From NCBI GenBank assembly GCA_021780495.1, contig JAJXYO010000062.1, positions 86,302-118,301 on the forward strand: a DNA stretch of 32,000 nucleotides, in the 5' to 3' direction. A program made the translations under genes and the position numbers. This document shows positions 31,970 through 32,000 of the stretch, piece by piece. This DNA comes from Deltaproteobacteria bacterium (GTDB taxonomy: Bacteria > Desulfobacterota > Desulfuromonadia > Geobacterales > Pseudopelobacteraceae). Within the stretch, counting starts at the first letter, position 1. Each line of letters starts with the position of its first letter. The notes beneath the pieces are model-generated. The model was not told where the DNA came from and did no database searches. It worked only from the letters and a program-made list of their open reading frames with translations.

Positions 31970-32000
31970 GCCTGTCTCCCCTATGGATAATTATGCAGCT

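Overview
This is a gene-dense 32 kb window with about 32 supportable CDS and 1 tRNA. I saw no rRNA, CRISPR array, transposase or integrase. The gene content (many radical SAM enzymes, a CoA-disulfide-reductase/rhodanese fusion, a FixG/CcoG-like polyferredoxin, a possible DUF507 pair) suggests an anaerobic Desulfobacterota-type chromosome, but that is inference only.

The main feature is the left 18 kb (88-18278, continuing off the left edge). It holds a 15-gene, translationally coupled minus-strand operon encoding an aryl-polyene (Ape)-like type II PKS/FAS:
- ketoreductase (KR), two ketosynthases (KS), a chain-length-factor (CLF)-like partner, and an acyl carrier protein (ACP)
- two hotdog dehydratases (DH), a thioesterase (TE), an adenylating enzyme, and an acyltransferase
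- an outer-membrane delivery set: LolA-like carrier, MMPL exporter, and a lipoprotein

The usual aryl-polyene tailoring genes are absent from the window. In their place are four radical SAM (rSAM) enzymes (two with B12-binding domains, one rSAM-SPASM fused to a hotdog dehydratase, one HemN-like) and a CrtI-like flavoenzyme. I consider this the candidate undescribed system: a radical-SAM-remodelled, exported lipid or polyene.

To the right are:
- a PagL-like outer-membrane deacylase plus a secreted lipase-like hydrolase
- an orphan coiled-coil ORF
- an Slt-type lytic transglycosylase
- two small tandem paralogues (possibly DUF507)
- hemW
- an initiator tRNA-fMet with a textbook promoter and terminator
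- a co-directional minus-strand run: half-size TauE-like protein, small membrane protein, secreted CHAP-domain protein, secreted alpha/beta hydrolase, doubtful small ORF over a GC-rich structured region, OsmC, CcoG-like polyferredoxin, and a CoADR-rhodanese fusion

All functional calls come from motifs read in the supplied translations. No database search was run.
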